Source of the DNA: a virus
Taxonomy: Duplodnaviria > Caudoviricetes
Length of the DNA stretch: 34,207 nt
Direction: 5' to 3' (one strand)
Virus record (IMG/VR): IMGVR_UViG_3300005058_000015
Coordinates: 1 to 34,207 of that record
A program made the translations under genes and the position numbers. This document shows positions 13,936-23,343 of this stretch, one piece after another (position 1 is the stretch's first letter; each line of letters opens with the position of its first letter). The notes below the pieces were generated by a model. The model had not been told where the DNA came from, did no database searches, and worked only from the letters and a program-made list of their open reading frames with translations.

Positions 13936-16065
13936 ATGGCGACTGTGACTGAACGCAGCTACGACGCGCAGCGGAAGGCGGACGCGCGAGCCGAGAAGCG
14001 CGACCTCATCATTCCGGCTCCACTCAATGTGGAGCGTCGCGAAGCGTGCGAGGCCAGTACGCCGCTTTGGCTCAGCACGTACTGCCCGGACGTGTTCTAT
14101 AATCCATTCACGTTTCACCAGCGGCGCATCATCGACGATTGCGACGAGGTGCTGCTCTACGGCACGCAGAAGTGTAAGGCGGCGCAGCGCGGCGGCGGCA
14201 AATCGTCGGTGCTGAAATACGCTGCGCTCAAGTATGCACTTCGGCGGCAGATTCGCTTTCCACTGCTCATCTCGGCGACCAGCACGAAGTCAAAGAAGAC
14301 CCTGCAATCGCTCGAGCGCAGGCTGGCGACGTCGGCTATCTACGATCCGCGAACGAAAGGCTTTCGGCTGTTGAACGCTCTTGCGGAAGATTATCCGCTG
14401 GAGTGCTGCATTGCCGCGTATGTCGACCCTTGGCCGTCGCGGGCTCGCAACGTGACGGCGAACGGCGGCCGGTCGGTCAATTGCGAATGGGGAGCCGACT
14501 GGTTCATTATCCCGACGTGGGCCGACGAGGAACCGCTGGGGCCGATCATGCTTGCCCTGGGGATTACATCTGACGAGCTCCAGGGCTGCAATATCTACGA
14601 TCAGCGGCCGGACTTCGTGTTGCTAGACGACCTCGACTCGCGTGATTCGCTGGCAGCGCAAGACGGCGTGATGGCCGGCAAGATTGAGGAGATTATCGAC
14701 AAGACCGTGGCGGGGTTGGCCGGTCAGAGTCGACGGCTTGGGCAATTCATGCTTTGCACGATCACGAGCCGCCAGGCTGCTGCGTACAAGTATTCCGACC
14801 CGGCGCAGAAGCCGGCTTGGTCCGGTGAGCGCATCCCGGCGATTCTCAAATGGCCGGAGCGACGTGACTTGTGGGACCAGTACATTGCGTTGCGGCAGGC
14901 CGGCAAGAGTGACTTGAAAGACGGCAAGCCGAAGGATGTTTTCGGTCGAGAGTCGCACGCTCTGTATCTTGCTAACCGCGAAGAGATGGATCGCGGTGCC
15001 GAAGTCGAAAACCCCTACAACTACGAATCCGGCCTATTGCCAGACGGCACGCAGAAGCAAGTCTCTGCGCTGCAGGCGTGCTTTGACTACATCGCCGACT
15101 ATGGCATGGAGTCGTTTCTCACGGAGAAGCAGAACGACCCGCCGGAGGAAGACGGTGCCGAAGACTCCGGCATTACGCCGCAACTGGTCATGTCTCGCAC
15201 GAACGGGCTTGATCGTTGCGAGCTGCCGCGCGGTTGCCAGAAGCTCACCGTCTTCATCGATCTTGGCGACCGGATTTGCCACTGGTGCGCCATCGCCTGG
15301 ACCGATGGATGCATCGGCTACGTGGTCGACTACGGGATTGAGTTGGTCGATCGAATCTACGTCGATGGCGTGGCGCAGAAGGACCGCGACCCGAGGGCGC
15401 TCGAGGTGGCGTTACTGGAGACATTGCGGCGGTGGCGAAGCGCCTTGCAATCAACCACGTACAAGGACGGCGACGGCGTGCGCAGAGAACCCGATATCAT
15501 CCTGGTCGACTCGGGCGACGGCGACCACAAGAACGCGGTCTATACCTTCGTCAAAGAGTCTGGCGGCGCGTTCCATGCGGCGAAGGGTATCGGCAAAGGC
15601 AAGTTCCACATGGGTCAGCCAGGACCGCACCGCAAGCACTTCGAGGAGTGCTATTCGCATTTTCAGCCCGACGAGCGTATCTGGCTCTACAACCACAACT
15701 CCGATCACTGGAAGCGATTTGCGCACCAGCGATTCTTGACGCAGACCCGCGACGAAGGCGGCAAGATGCAGGCCGGCACTCTGTCGCTCTTTGATTGCCC
15801 GAAGGTGGCGGCATTGCTCGACGAGCGCAAGACGTTTGCGTATCAGGTTGTCGGTGAGGTGTGGGTCGAACAATACATTCAGGGCAAGGGCTGGAAAAAA
15901 GAGTTTGTTTCGCGCGGCAAGCACAATCACTTTTTGGACGCGGTTTCTGGTTGCTGCTGCGGCGCGGCGATCGAGGGGATTCGGTTGGTGGCGACGAGCA
16001 AGCCCAAGAAAGAGCGCACCAGCCTTGCGGCTCTCAAGGCACAAGCAGGGAGGAAGGTGGGGTGA
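13936..16065 (+). CDS. terL: Terminase large subunit (lambda gpA-type nuclease domain)
   Basis: Walker A QRGGGKS, Walker B FVLLDD, nuclease motifs VFIDLG, ILVDSG, NHFLDA. Confidence 0.92.
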   Translation: MATVTERSYDAQRKADARAEKRDLIIPAPLNVERREACEASTPLWLSTYCPDVFYNPFTFHQRRIIDDCDEVLLYGTQKCKAAQRGGGKSSVLKYAALKYALRRQIRFPLLISATSTKSKKTLQSLERRLATSAIYDPRTKGFRLLNALAEDYPLECCIAAYVDPWPSRARNVTANGGRSVNCEWGADWFIIPTWADEEPLGPIMLALGITSDELQGCNIYDQRPDFVLLDDLDSRDSLAAQDGVMAGKIEEIIDKTVAGLAGQSRRLGQFMLCTITSRQAAAYKYSDPAQKPAWSGERIPAILKWPERRDLWDQYIALRQAGKSDLKDGKPKDVFGRESHALYLANREEMDRGAEVENPYNYESGLLPDGTQKQVSALQACFDYIADYGMESFLTEKQNDPPEEDGAEDSGITPQLVMSRTNGLDRCELPRGCQKLTVFIDLGDRICHWCAIAWTDGCIGYVVDYGIELVDRIYVDGVAQKDRDPRALEVALLETLRRWRSALQSTTYKDGDGVRREPDIILVDSGDGDHKNAVYTFVKESGGAFHAAKGIGKGKFHMGQPGPHRKHFEECYSHFQPDERIWLYNHNSDHWKRFAHQRFLTQTRDEGGKMQAGTLSLFDCPKVAALLDERKTFAYQVVGEVWVEQYIQGKGWKKEFVSRGKHNHFLDAVSGCCCGAAIEGIRLVATSKPKKERTSLAALKAQAGRKVG

Positions 16066-16277
16066 ATTACGGGGACGAGAAGCATTGGCAGGTAGGAGAT
16101 ATCGTGACTCGAGACGGCTCAGACGAGCAGCGGATCGATGCAATCAGTGAGTGTCGCGATCTCATCATCGTGACCTGCATTAAAGCACCGGATACGCCGT
16201 GGTGTGCGATTGGTGAGACAGAAGAGAATGCGACCAGACGCTACAACTTCGTGCGGAAGGGAGTCGCAAGTCAATGA
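16062..16277 (+). CDS. Small hypothetical protein
   Basis: GTGA overlap with terL; ggagg SD; WQVGDIV motif. Confidence 0.65.
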   Translation: MNYGDEKHWQVGDIVTRDGSDEQRIDAISECRDLIIVTCIKAPDTPWCAIGETEENATRRYNFVRKGVASQ

Positions 16278-16426
16278 GCGATCACACCGACAACTGGCCG
16301 TGGAAGCGTCTCCCTGAGGACATGCCGCGTCCGCCGGAGGTTTACCGCTATCGACTTTCGGACGGCAAAGACAAGATGCTTCCCGCCACCCATGCGGAAG
16401 CGAAGGCGCAGGGGACCGGAGGATGA
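16274..16426 (+). CDS. 50-aa hypothetical protein (below the ORF-track cutoff)
   Basis: ATGA overlap; MSDHTDNWPWKRLPEDMPRPPEVYRYRL; fills the gap exactly. Confidence 0.55.
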   Translation: MSDHTDNWPWKRLPEDMPRPPEVYRYRLSDGKDKMLPATHAEAKAQGTGG

Positions 16427-16753
16427 ATGATGTCATGGCTTAATTCGCACGTTCGATTCGAAGACCACCGAGCGATTCTCTATATCAGTCGCCGCAGCCG
16501 AAGTGGAGGCGACCGAATCAATGCCCTGCTTATGGATGCCGCCGAGCCTCACGTTATCGAGCCGCTCGTGCGGCTCCTAATTATGGAGGCACGACCCGAA
16601 TTGTCGGGCTGCTGCATCTGGGCGCTGAACTTCAACTACGATCTGTACGCTTGGGAGATCGGTATCTCTCACCCATCACTGCCGGCTGTCCCCGATGGCT
16701 GCATGTCGAAGCGGATTCCTCTATATCCAGAGCCGGCTGAGGCAGCCGCATGA
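16427..16753 (+). CDS. Hypothetical protein
   Basis: ggagg SD; coupled to neighbouring genes. Confidence 0.65.
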   Translation: MMSWLNSHVRFEDHRAILYISRRSRSGGDRINALLMDAAEPHVIEPLVRLLIMEARPELSGCCIWALNFNYDLYAWEIGISHPSLPAVPDGCMSKRIPLYPEPAEAAA

Positions 16754-17172
16754 CCGACACCAACACCGTCCGCGGCTACTCGCCGTTTTACCTTGAAGTC
16801 GTCGATGGCACCGTCACGGTTGCCGCCGAAGTCGTGCTCAACACGATTCGCCATGAGCCGCCGTGGTACGCATGGGCCGAAGGCGACAAGATGCTCGCCG
16901 TGCTCTTTGCAAGGAATGAGGTCATGGCGCGGCAGCAGGCGATGTTTATTTGCCAGATGACCGGCGTTCTTCATCGAACCGGAACCGCCGCGATGCCGCA
17001 CAGCGAAAAGGACTTGGTGAACCTGGCATTGATGCCGTGGTTCGGTGAAGAGAACCACTACGATTGGCTCTCTGGTCCGAAGTGCGCGGAGTATGTACCG
17101 CCGTCTGTTGGTCAGTCTGACCTGACGTTGCCGGCGCTGACGATCGAAGCAACCCCAGGGGGGCAGGTATGA
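16750..17172 (+). CDS. Hypothetical protein
   Basis: ATGA overlaps at both ends. Confidence 0.65.
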   Translation: MTDTNTVRGYSPFYLEVVDGTVTVAAEVVLNTIRHEPPWYAWAEGDKMLAVLFARNEVMARQQAMFICQMTGVLHRTGTAAMPHSEKDLVNLALMPWFGEENHYDWLSGPKCAEYVPPSVGQSDLTLPALTIEATPGGQV

Positions 17173-17447
17173 GCGATAAACGACCGACGTTTGGTGAAAT
17201 GAAAGCTGAGTCCAGTGGCAGCGAATCCAGCCTGCGATGCCCAGGATGTAATGCCGTATTGTTTGTCTACAAGACCACCAACGGAAAGACGGTCATTTGG
17301 CGGCACGAAGCATGTCGAAACCCGTCTTGCAAGAAAGCGTTCAAAACTCGCCAGCCACGCAAGGAGATTGTGCGTGAAATTGAGCGCCGCCGAGATGAGT
17401 CCAGCTCTGGACAAGTTGAGTTGAGGGTACTAAGGGATATCGCGTAG
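17169..17447 (+). CDS. Ogr/Delta-like zinc-finger protein, candidate late-gene activator
   Basis: CPGC..V..T......R...CRNPSC...F.T spacing matches P2 Ogr-type fingers; lies directly before the head genes. Confidence 0.65.
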   Translation: MSDKRPTFGEMKAESSGSESSLRCPGCNAVLFVYKTTNGKTVIWRHEACRNPSCKKAFKTRQPRKEIVREIERRRDESSSGQVELRVLRDIA

Positions 17448-17550
17448 AGTTTAAGTGCATACAAATTTGGGGGCCGTGCAACCTTGCATGGCTCGCGTCT
17501 GGACCGAGCTGGCCGGCTCGTTTCGGTGACGCAATTCATCGAGCTCCATT

Positions 17551-17594
17551 GCGGGGGTTCGTGCGAGTAATCGCGCGTGCCCCCGCTTTTCTTT
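17551..17594 (+). terminator. Terminator-like hairpin immediately upstream of the head operon
   Basis: gcggggg..cgtgcga-GTAA-tcgcgcg..cccccgc followed by ttttctttt. Confidence 0.65.
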
Positions 17595-17603
17595 TGGTGC
17601 TCG

Positions 17604-17801
17604 ATGGCTGAAATCACCAACGACGAAATCTCGGAAGCTGCCCGTTCAGCAGAGAGCGCGGCGGCTGGTGATAAGTCGATGACCAGGGCCAGCATCAAAG
17701 ACATGATCCTGGCCCAAGACCACGCCGCCAAGCAGGCCGTTGTAGCGGACCCGTTCAGTTGCTTGAACGTTCGCCGTCGCAAGCCGCCGGGAGGTGGCTA
17801 G
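17604..17801 (+). CDS. Head completion protein (gpW-like)
   Basis: Size and position before the portal; C-terminal KPPG. Confidence 0.6.
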   Translation: MAEITNDEISEAARSAESAAAGDKSMTRASIKDMILAQDHAAKQAVVADPFSCLNVRRRKPPGGG

Positions 17802-19333
17802 TGGCAAGGCTTCTTGATCATACCGGCAGTCCATTCCCTGATCGCCAAGGTCGACTAGGGATTGTCGATATGCGCAGCAGCCATCGCCGCGCCAGGATGT
17901 CTTACGACGCTGCCGGCGATTCGGTGGAGTTCCAAAATCACTGGGCTTCCGCAGACTCGCTCGACGCCGACTGCGCTAACAATCTGTCGGTTCGTCGCAA
18001 GCTCCGCAACCGCTCGCGGTATGAAGCCGGCTCAAACCCCTATTACAAGGGCATCCTGCGAACCTATTGCAATTCGCTAGTCGGTACTGGGCCATCGCTG
18101 CGAATGCTCAGCAAGAACCGCGACTTCAATCAACTGGTTGAGCGCGAATGGTTTAAGTGGACGCACGAGGTTCATCTCTCGCGCAAGCTCTGGTCGATGG
18201 CCTATGCCAAGACCACGGATGGAGAAGCCTTTGCGGTCTTGCAAACCAACCCCGCCTTGCCGGGCGTGCAGCTCGATTTCATGCCGATCGAGGCGGAGCA
18301 GGTTCATTCGCCGTATGTTCCACACGACGAGCCCGGCTACGTCGACGGAATCAAGTACGACGAGCACGGCAATATCGAATGGTACGACGTTCTGCCGTAT
18401 CACCCTGGAAGCAACTATGCCTTTGCAAATCAAGACCCGATTCGCGTTCCTCCGCAGAATGTCTTGCACTGGTTCAGGAGTGAGCGCCCTGGCACGCATC
18501 GCGGGGTTCCTGAGTGTACAAGCGCCCTAAACACTGGCGCGTCTTCGCGCCGCCATCGCGAGGCGACCATTACGGCAGCAGAGCACGCCGCCGATCTTGC
18601 CGCGCTGATTATGACCGACCTGCCACCCAATGGCGAAGCGGATCTTGCCAGCCCGTTTACTTCGGTCGACTTCGAACGCGGCCAGCTGACTTCGCTGCCG
18701 ATGGGTTGGAAAGCGGAGCAGATGGAAGGCAAGCATCCAAACGCACAGTATGCTGACTTTCACCGTCTGCAAATCAGCGAACAGGGGCGACCGCTAGAAC
18801 TTCCGTACAACCTTGCCTCGTGTGACTCGTCTACCTACAGCTTCGCCTCTGGCAAGCTCGATACGATTTGCTTCCGCAAGCGATTGGACGTAGAGCGCGG
18901 CGACGGCGACCTGATGGTGATGGATCGGCTGTTTGCGGCTTGGTTCCGTGAGTGGACGGTTCTCACCGGGAACGTCTTCACGCCAGCGCATCAGTGGGAC
19001 TGGCCAGCGCATCCGGTGATTGACGCCGTGCAAGAGGCGAACGCGCGACGCACGGAACTGCACGATGGCACGCTGACCTATCGTCAGGTCATGTCCGATA
19101 AGGGGCAGGACTACGAAGACCACCTGACCATCCAAGCAGAAGATATCTTTGGCGAGGCCGATGACGAGAACATCGCCAAGGTTCGCCTGATCAACCTTCT
19201 TCGCACGACCCCACAGCACGCGATTCAATACGTCGCCGCTGTCGTGGGCATTGAACTGCCGAGCGCCGCTGCGCCGCAGCCTTCTCAACCGAAGCCAATG
19301 GAGGTCAATGAAGATGACACAGTCGTCGTATAA
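17801..19333 (+). CDS. Portal protein, lambda family
   Basis: YDAA, LRNRSR...N, VGTG, DGEAF, DGI.YDE.G, HWF..ERPG..RGVP, YSFASGKL motifs. Confidence 0.95.
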   Translation: MARLLDHTGSPFPDRQGRLGIVDMRSSHRRARMSYDAAGDSVEFQNHWASADSLDADCANNLSVRRKLRNRSRYEAGSNPYYKGILRTYCNSLVGTGPSLRMLSKNRDFNQLVEREWFKWTHEVHLSRKLWSMAYAKTTDGEAFAVLQTNPALPGVQLDFMPIEAEQVHSPYVPHDEPGYVDGIKYDEHGNIEWYDVLPYHPGSNYAFANQDPIRVPPQNVLHWFRSERPGTHRGVPECTSALNTGASSRRHREATITAAEHAADLAALIMTDLPPNGEADLASPFTSVDFERGQLTSLPMGWKAEQMEGKHPNAQYADFHRLQISEQGRPLELPYNLASCDSSTYSFASGKLDTICFRKRLDVERGDGDLMVMDRLFAAWFREWTVLTGNVFTPAHQWDWPAHPVIDAVQEANARRTELHDGTLTYRQVMSDKGQDYEDHLTIQAEDIFGEADDENIAKVRLINLLRTTPQHAIQYVAAVVGIELPSAAAPQPSQPKPMEVNEDDTVVV

Positions 19334-21413
19334 GGCGAGGTTCGCGTCGGCATACACCGCAACGTTCGTTGGCGAAACCGAGCCAGTGACAGTCAAGGCC
19401 GCCGCAACCGAAGGTGGGCCGCCGTCATTCGGTGGCATCGCCTACAGCGGTGGAAGGGTCTCTGGTTCAACGTGCAGGCCGCCGCTCGATGGCGACTACG
19501 TGATCGACCTGTCGGGCACCGAGGCGACAAAGAATCCGAAAGCCAATCTCGACCACCACCGCACGTCGCGAGTCGGTCACGTCACCGACTATCAGAACGA
19601 CGGCAAGCAAATCAGCATTCTCGGACTTCTCTCGGCAAGAACGCCATCGCAAGCGGAAGTAGTCGAGAGTGCAGCCAATCAATACACCTGGGAAATCTCC
19701 AGCGAGTTCGGTCTGCCACGACCGGAAAAGCTAGCCGCTGGAAAGTCTGAAGTGATCAACGGCCGCAAGTTCTTTGGGCCGCTCTACGTCTTCCGCAAAA
19801 GCAAGTTCACCGGCGTTGGGTTCGTCGACCAGGGTGCCGACGAAGGCAACGAAGTCACCATCGCGGCCAGCGCCGCAGGAGCAAAAACAATGTCCAAGTT
19901 TGAAGAGTTCGCGGCAAGTCTGAGCATCGACCTTGACCACGCCAGCGAAGACCAAAAGGCGCGACTTCAAAAACTGTTCGATCTGGAACAGGGCGGCAAG
20001 ACCAGCGCTGAACTGAGCGGCGGCCGGCGGAAGTCGTTTGCGGAGGAAGCTGCCGAGGCTCGAAAAGACAACGAGCGCCAGGAAACCATTGCGAAGATGG
20101 GCCGCGAGGCCATGCGGGACTACCCGCTCTACATCGACCAGATTGAGCGAGCGGTTACGGACGCGCACGCTTCCAACATGAGTGCCGATCAGTTCGAGTT
20201 GGAATTGCTTCGCGGCCTGCGGACGAAGACCGGAACTTTCGTCTCACGTCAGACCGGCTCTGGCAACGATCCGAAGGTGATTGAGGCCGCGCTAGCCATG
20301 CAATCCGGCTTGCCGAACTTGGAAAAGGTCTACGGCGAGCGAGTTCTCGACGCCGTAGACCGCTCGGGACTTCGCACTGGATTCAGTCTCCAGCAAGCGC
20401 TGCTGCAGGCCGCTCACGCCAACGGCTATTCCTGCCGCGCGGGCGAGCGAATCACCGTGGGCAATATCCGCTCGGTGCTTGAATACGCATTCCCGCCGGT
20501 CATGGCTCGCATGTCTGGGTTCAGCGCAACGACCTTGCCCAACATCCTGGGCGCTGTTGCGAACAAGATGATCCTGGCCGGCTACATGGAATCGGAAAAC
20601 TCATGGAGGGAACTGGCCGAGATCAAGCCGGTTTCGAACTTCTACACGCAAAACCACTACCGAATGCTGGACAGTCTTGAATACGAGGAAGTCGGCAGCG
20701 GTGGTGAGTTGCATCTCGGGACGCTTGGCGAGGAAACGTACACCAGCCAAGCCAAGACCTACGGCAAAATGCTGGGCATCACCCGTACTCAAATCATCAA
20801 CGACGACTTAGGCGCGTTCGGTGACTTGCGTTCTCGTCTCGGCCGTGGTGCCGCGAAGAAGTTCTGCAATGTCTTCTGGGCCGCGTTCATGAACAACTCG
20901 TCGTTCTTTACGAGCGCCCTAACTAACTACATCGAAGGATCGACGACGAACCTTGGAACCGATGGCGTTGGCCTGGGGCTGGGCGTCAAGCAATTCCGCA
21001 AGATGACGACGCCATCGGCTGATGGCACTAAGCGGGTCGGCGTTTCGACTCGGCCCACCAAGCTGCTAGTTCCGCCGGAACTGGAAACGATTGCCGACGC
21101 CCTTTACATCGCGCGCAACCACGATCAGGTGGCCGTCAGCTCGGTAAACGTCCACGCCAACAAGTACCGCCCGATCGTTGAAAACCGTCTCAGCGATTCG
21201 GCTTTCACCGGCTACAGCACCACGGCTTGGTTCCTTTTCGGCGACGAAATGAAGCCGATGCTCGTCACGTTCTTGAACGGGCAGGAGTCTCCGACAGTCG
21301 AGAGCACCGACGCCGATTTCAGCACGCTCGGAATTCAGTTTCGAGGGTATCACGACTTCGGCTGTGACAAGAGCGAATACCTCGCCGGCCTCAAGAGCAA
21401 GGGCGCGACGTAA
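19308..21413 (+). CDS. Prohead protease-scaffold-major capsid fusion (Mu gpT-like capsid domain)
   Basis: N-terminal AYSGG..LDH...VGH..WEISS..FVDQGAD protease motifs; C-terminal LPNIL...ANK, TYGKM..ITR..IINDDLGAF, LLVPPELE, FLNGQESP; GGAGG SD at 19300-19304. Confidence 0.92.
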   Translation: MKMTQSSYKARFASAYTATFVGETEPVTVKAAATEGGPPSFGGIAYSGGRVSGSTCRPPLDGDYVIDLSGTEATKNPKANLDHHRTSRVGHVTDYQNDGKQISILGLLSARTPSQAEVVESAANQYTWEISSEFGLPRPEKLAAGKSEVINGRKFFGPLYVFRKSKFTGVGFVDQGADEGNEVTIAASAAGAKTMSKFEEFAASLSIDLDHASEDQKARLQKLFDLEQGGKTSAELSGGRRKSFAEEAAEARKDNERQETIAKMGREAMRDYPLYIDQIERAVTDAHASNMSADQFELELLRGLRTKTGTFVSRQTGSGNDPKVIEAALAMQSGLPNLEKVYGERVLDAVDRSGLRTGFSLQQALLQAAHANGYSCRAGERITVGNIRSVLEYAFPPVMARMSGFSATTLPNILGAVANKMILAGYMESENSWRELAEIKPVSNFYTQNHYRMLDSLEYEEVGSGGELHLGTLGEETYTSQAKTYGKMLGITRTQIINDDLGAFGDLRSRLGRGAAKKFCNVFWAAFMNNSSFFTSALTNYIEGSTTNLGTDGVGLGLGVKQFRKMTTPSADGTKRVGVSTRPTKLLVPPELETIADALYIARNHDQVAVSSVNVHANKYRPIVENRLSDSAFTGYSTTAWFLFGDEMKPMLVTFLNGQESPTVESTDADFSTLGIQFRGYHDFGCDKSEYLAGLKSKGAT

Positions 21414-21622
21414 TGCATGTTTTGATCAAGACCAACATCGGCACGAACGACGGCTGGTGTCCTCCGTTCATGGACGGAGAGACACACAAAGTCGACGACG
21501 CCATTGGAAAGCGGCTCATTGCAAGCGGGTGGGCGGTGGAAGTCGCCGACCGACCTGTCGAGCCAGAAGAACCAGAAAAACCGTCTCGGCCGCAGGCCAA
21601 GAAATCCAATCCCGAAAAGTAA
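21413..21622 (+). CDS. Small head-associated protein (gpFI-like position)
   Basis: V.D..GKRLIASGWA motif; directly after the capsid gene. Confidence 0.6.
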   Translation: MHVLIKTNIGTNDGWCPPFMDGETHKVDDAIGKRLIASGWAVEVADRPVEPEEPEKPSRPQAKKSNPEK

Positions 21623-21634
21623 AGGAACTTCAAA

Positions 21635-22336
21635 ATGGCACAGACTGCTGCCGTCCCTGTTCACTTTCCAGGCGAACGCATCGACCATACACCAGGCTCG
21701 GCAGTGACGCCTGGTCAGGTGGTGGAAATCGGCGGTCACGCATTCGTCGCCGACGTGGCCATTGCGGCCAATACACTTGGGTCACTGCCTGCTGTCGGCG
21801 TGTTCGACGTTCCCAAGGCATCTGGCGAAATCGCCGCTGGTGCTGACGTGTACTGGGACAACAACGGCACGCCGAATGTCGGCGATGCTTCCAGCGGTGC
21901 GGCCACTGGCACGGCAACCGGCAACACGCAGCTCGGCATGGCCGTTGCTGTCGCGCTTACGGGCGCTACCTATGTCCGTGTTATGAAGCGCACGGCCGCG
22001 AACTCGACGGCCGTGCCAGTCTATGGAGTTGAGGCCGTTACCGCAGCTGGCACGGCTCAAGCCAATGCCACGGCAGTTGGCGCGGCGACGACTCTCGCCA
22101 TCGTCACCGGCACCAACGGCACCTTGAGTGTCAAGCTGCCAGCCGGTCTTGGCAACGGCACGTGCATCGTGGTCAAGAACATCGAGACCAACGTGTTGAA
22201 GGTGTTCCCTGGAAGTGGCGAGGCAATCAATGCGCTCTCCCTGAACACTGCCATCAGCATGGCCAACAACACCATCGCCACGTTCTTCAAGGGCAACCTG
22301 ACGACGTGGTACACGCATCCGCTGTTGCCTTCGTAA
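21635..22336 (+). CDS. DUF2190-family capsid cement/decoration protein with extra C-terminal domain
   Basis: GERIDHTP..V..G.VV..G...VA..IAA...G....GVFDVPK...G..VYWD. Confidence 0.85.
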   Translation: MAQTAAVPVHFPGERIDHTPGSAVTPGQVVEIGGHAFVADVAIAANTLGSLPAVGVFDVPKASGEIAAGADVYWDNNGTPNVGDASSGAATGTATGNTQLGMAVAVALTGATYVRVMKRTAANSTAVPVYGVEAVTAAGTAQANATAVGAATTLAIVTGTNGTLSVKLPAGLGNGTCIVVKNIETNVLKVFPGSGEAINALSLNTAISMANNTIATFFKGNLTTWYTHPLLPS

Positions 22337-22356
22337 TGACTTTGCCCCCTCGCTCC

Positions 22357-22400
22357 AACCCGGTCGGTCACGCTCACGACCGGCCGGGTTGCTTTGTTTT
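22357..22400 (+). terminator. Terminator-like hairpin after the head genes
   Basis: 13-bp stem 22357-22369/22378-22390 followed by gctttgtttt. Confidence 0.6.
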
Positions 22401-22748
22401 ATGCCGACCAACTTCGACGAAATGTTCGCCGAGAAGTGTTCTCCGATGCTCAACGATTTATTCGGCGAGTCGGCGACTTACTTTCCGTGCAATCGTCTGC
22501 CGAGTGGCCGGGCAATCACCGTTCGCATCAACCGCAACCGTGCGGAGCGCAACGACCAAGGTGTCATGGTTCCCATGCTGACCTTCACTGTGATCGACAG
22601 TAGCACGACCGGCATCAGTCGCAGCGAAGTTTCGATTGGCAGGGACCAGATTCTTTTGAAGATCGAGCCGAACGGAGAGTCGGAGCGGCGCACGGTGGGC
22701 GCGATTGTCGAGGAGTCGGGCGGGGAACTGGAATTCATGGTGGGCTAA
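22401..22748 (+). CDS. Head-tail joining protein (gpFII-like)
   Basis: FGESATY motif, size and synteny. Confidence 0.65.
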   Translation: MPTNFDEMFAEKCSPMLNDLFGESATYFPCNRLPSGRAITVRINRNRAERNDQGVMVPMLTFTVIDSSTTGISRSEVSIGRDQILLKIEPNGESERRTVGAIVEESGGELEFMVG

Positions 22749-22752
22749 ATGA

Positions 22753-23343
22753 GTGTTCGAGCTATCCGTCGAGATCGATCAGCAGCAACTATCAGCGGTC
22801 AAAGCTGCGCTGGGGCAGATACCCGGCGCGGTGCGTCGCGCGATGGTGGGTGCGCTGAACGACACGGCGAAGACGGTGCGCGCCGGTATTTCCAAGGATG
22901 TTCGCAGGCTGGTGAACATCAAGAAAAAGGACATCGACCAGTACCTCAAGATCAAACTGGCGCACCCAGCGTCCGCTCCGTCCGCTCTTGTCACGGTCGA
23001 GAAATCGGCGCGTCTGCCTCTCAAGTATTTCGGCGCTCGCCAGAACGCCGCCGGTGTGAAGTACAAGATCAGCAAGGTTGGCAAGTCAAAGAACTTCCTG
23101 CCGTCCGGGTTCATGGGACCGAAGCCAGGGGCGATTGCTCGCCGGCTCGGCGGTCATGTCTTCAAGCGAGTCGGCACGAAGCGGCTGCCAATCCGAAAAC
23201 AGTACGGCCCTTCCGCCTGGGGAGTGGTCGCGAAGAACGGACTCGATGCGCAGGCCGCGAAGGACGGCCAAGCCATTCTTCGCAAAAACATCCAGCGTCG
23301 TCTCAACGAGGGCCTGCTCCGTGTAGCAGGTAAGATCCGATGA
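22753..23343 (+). CDS. Minor tail / neck protein (lambda gpZ-like)
   Basis: Basic; RA...ALNDTA, HVFKR..KRLPI...YGPS. Confidence 0.85.
   Translation: MFELSVEIDQQQLSAVKAALGQIPGAVRRAMVGALNDTAKTVRAGISKDVRRLVNIKKKDIDQYLKIKLAHPASAPSALVTVEKSARLPLKYFGARQNAAGVKYKISKVGKSKNFLPSGFMGPKPGAIARRLGGHVFKRVGTKRLPIRKQYGPSAWGVVAKNGLDAQAAKDGQAILRKNIQRRLNEGLLRVAGKIR

Noticed and set aside
17452..17461. taagtgcata matching the reverse complement of 33313-33322 next to the tRNA
   Set aside because: A single 10-bp match is expected by chance in 34 kb.
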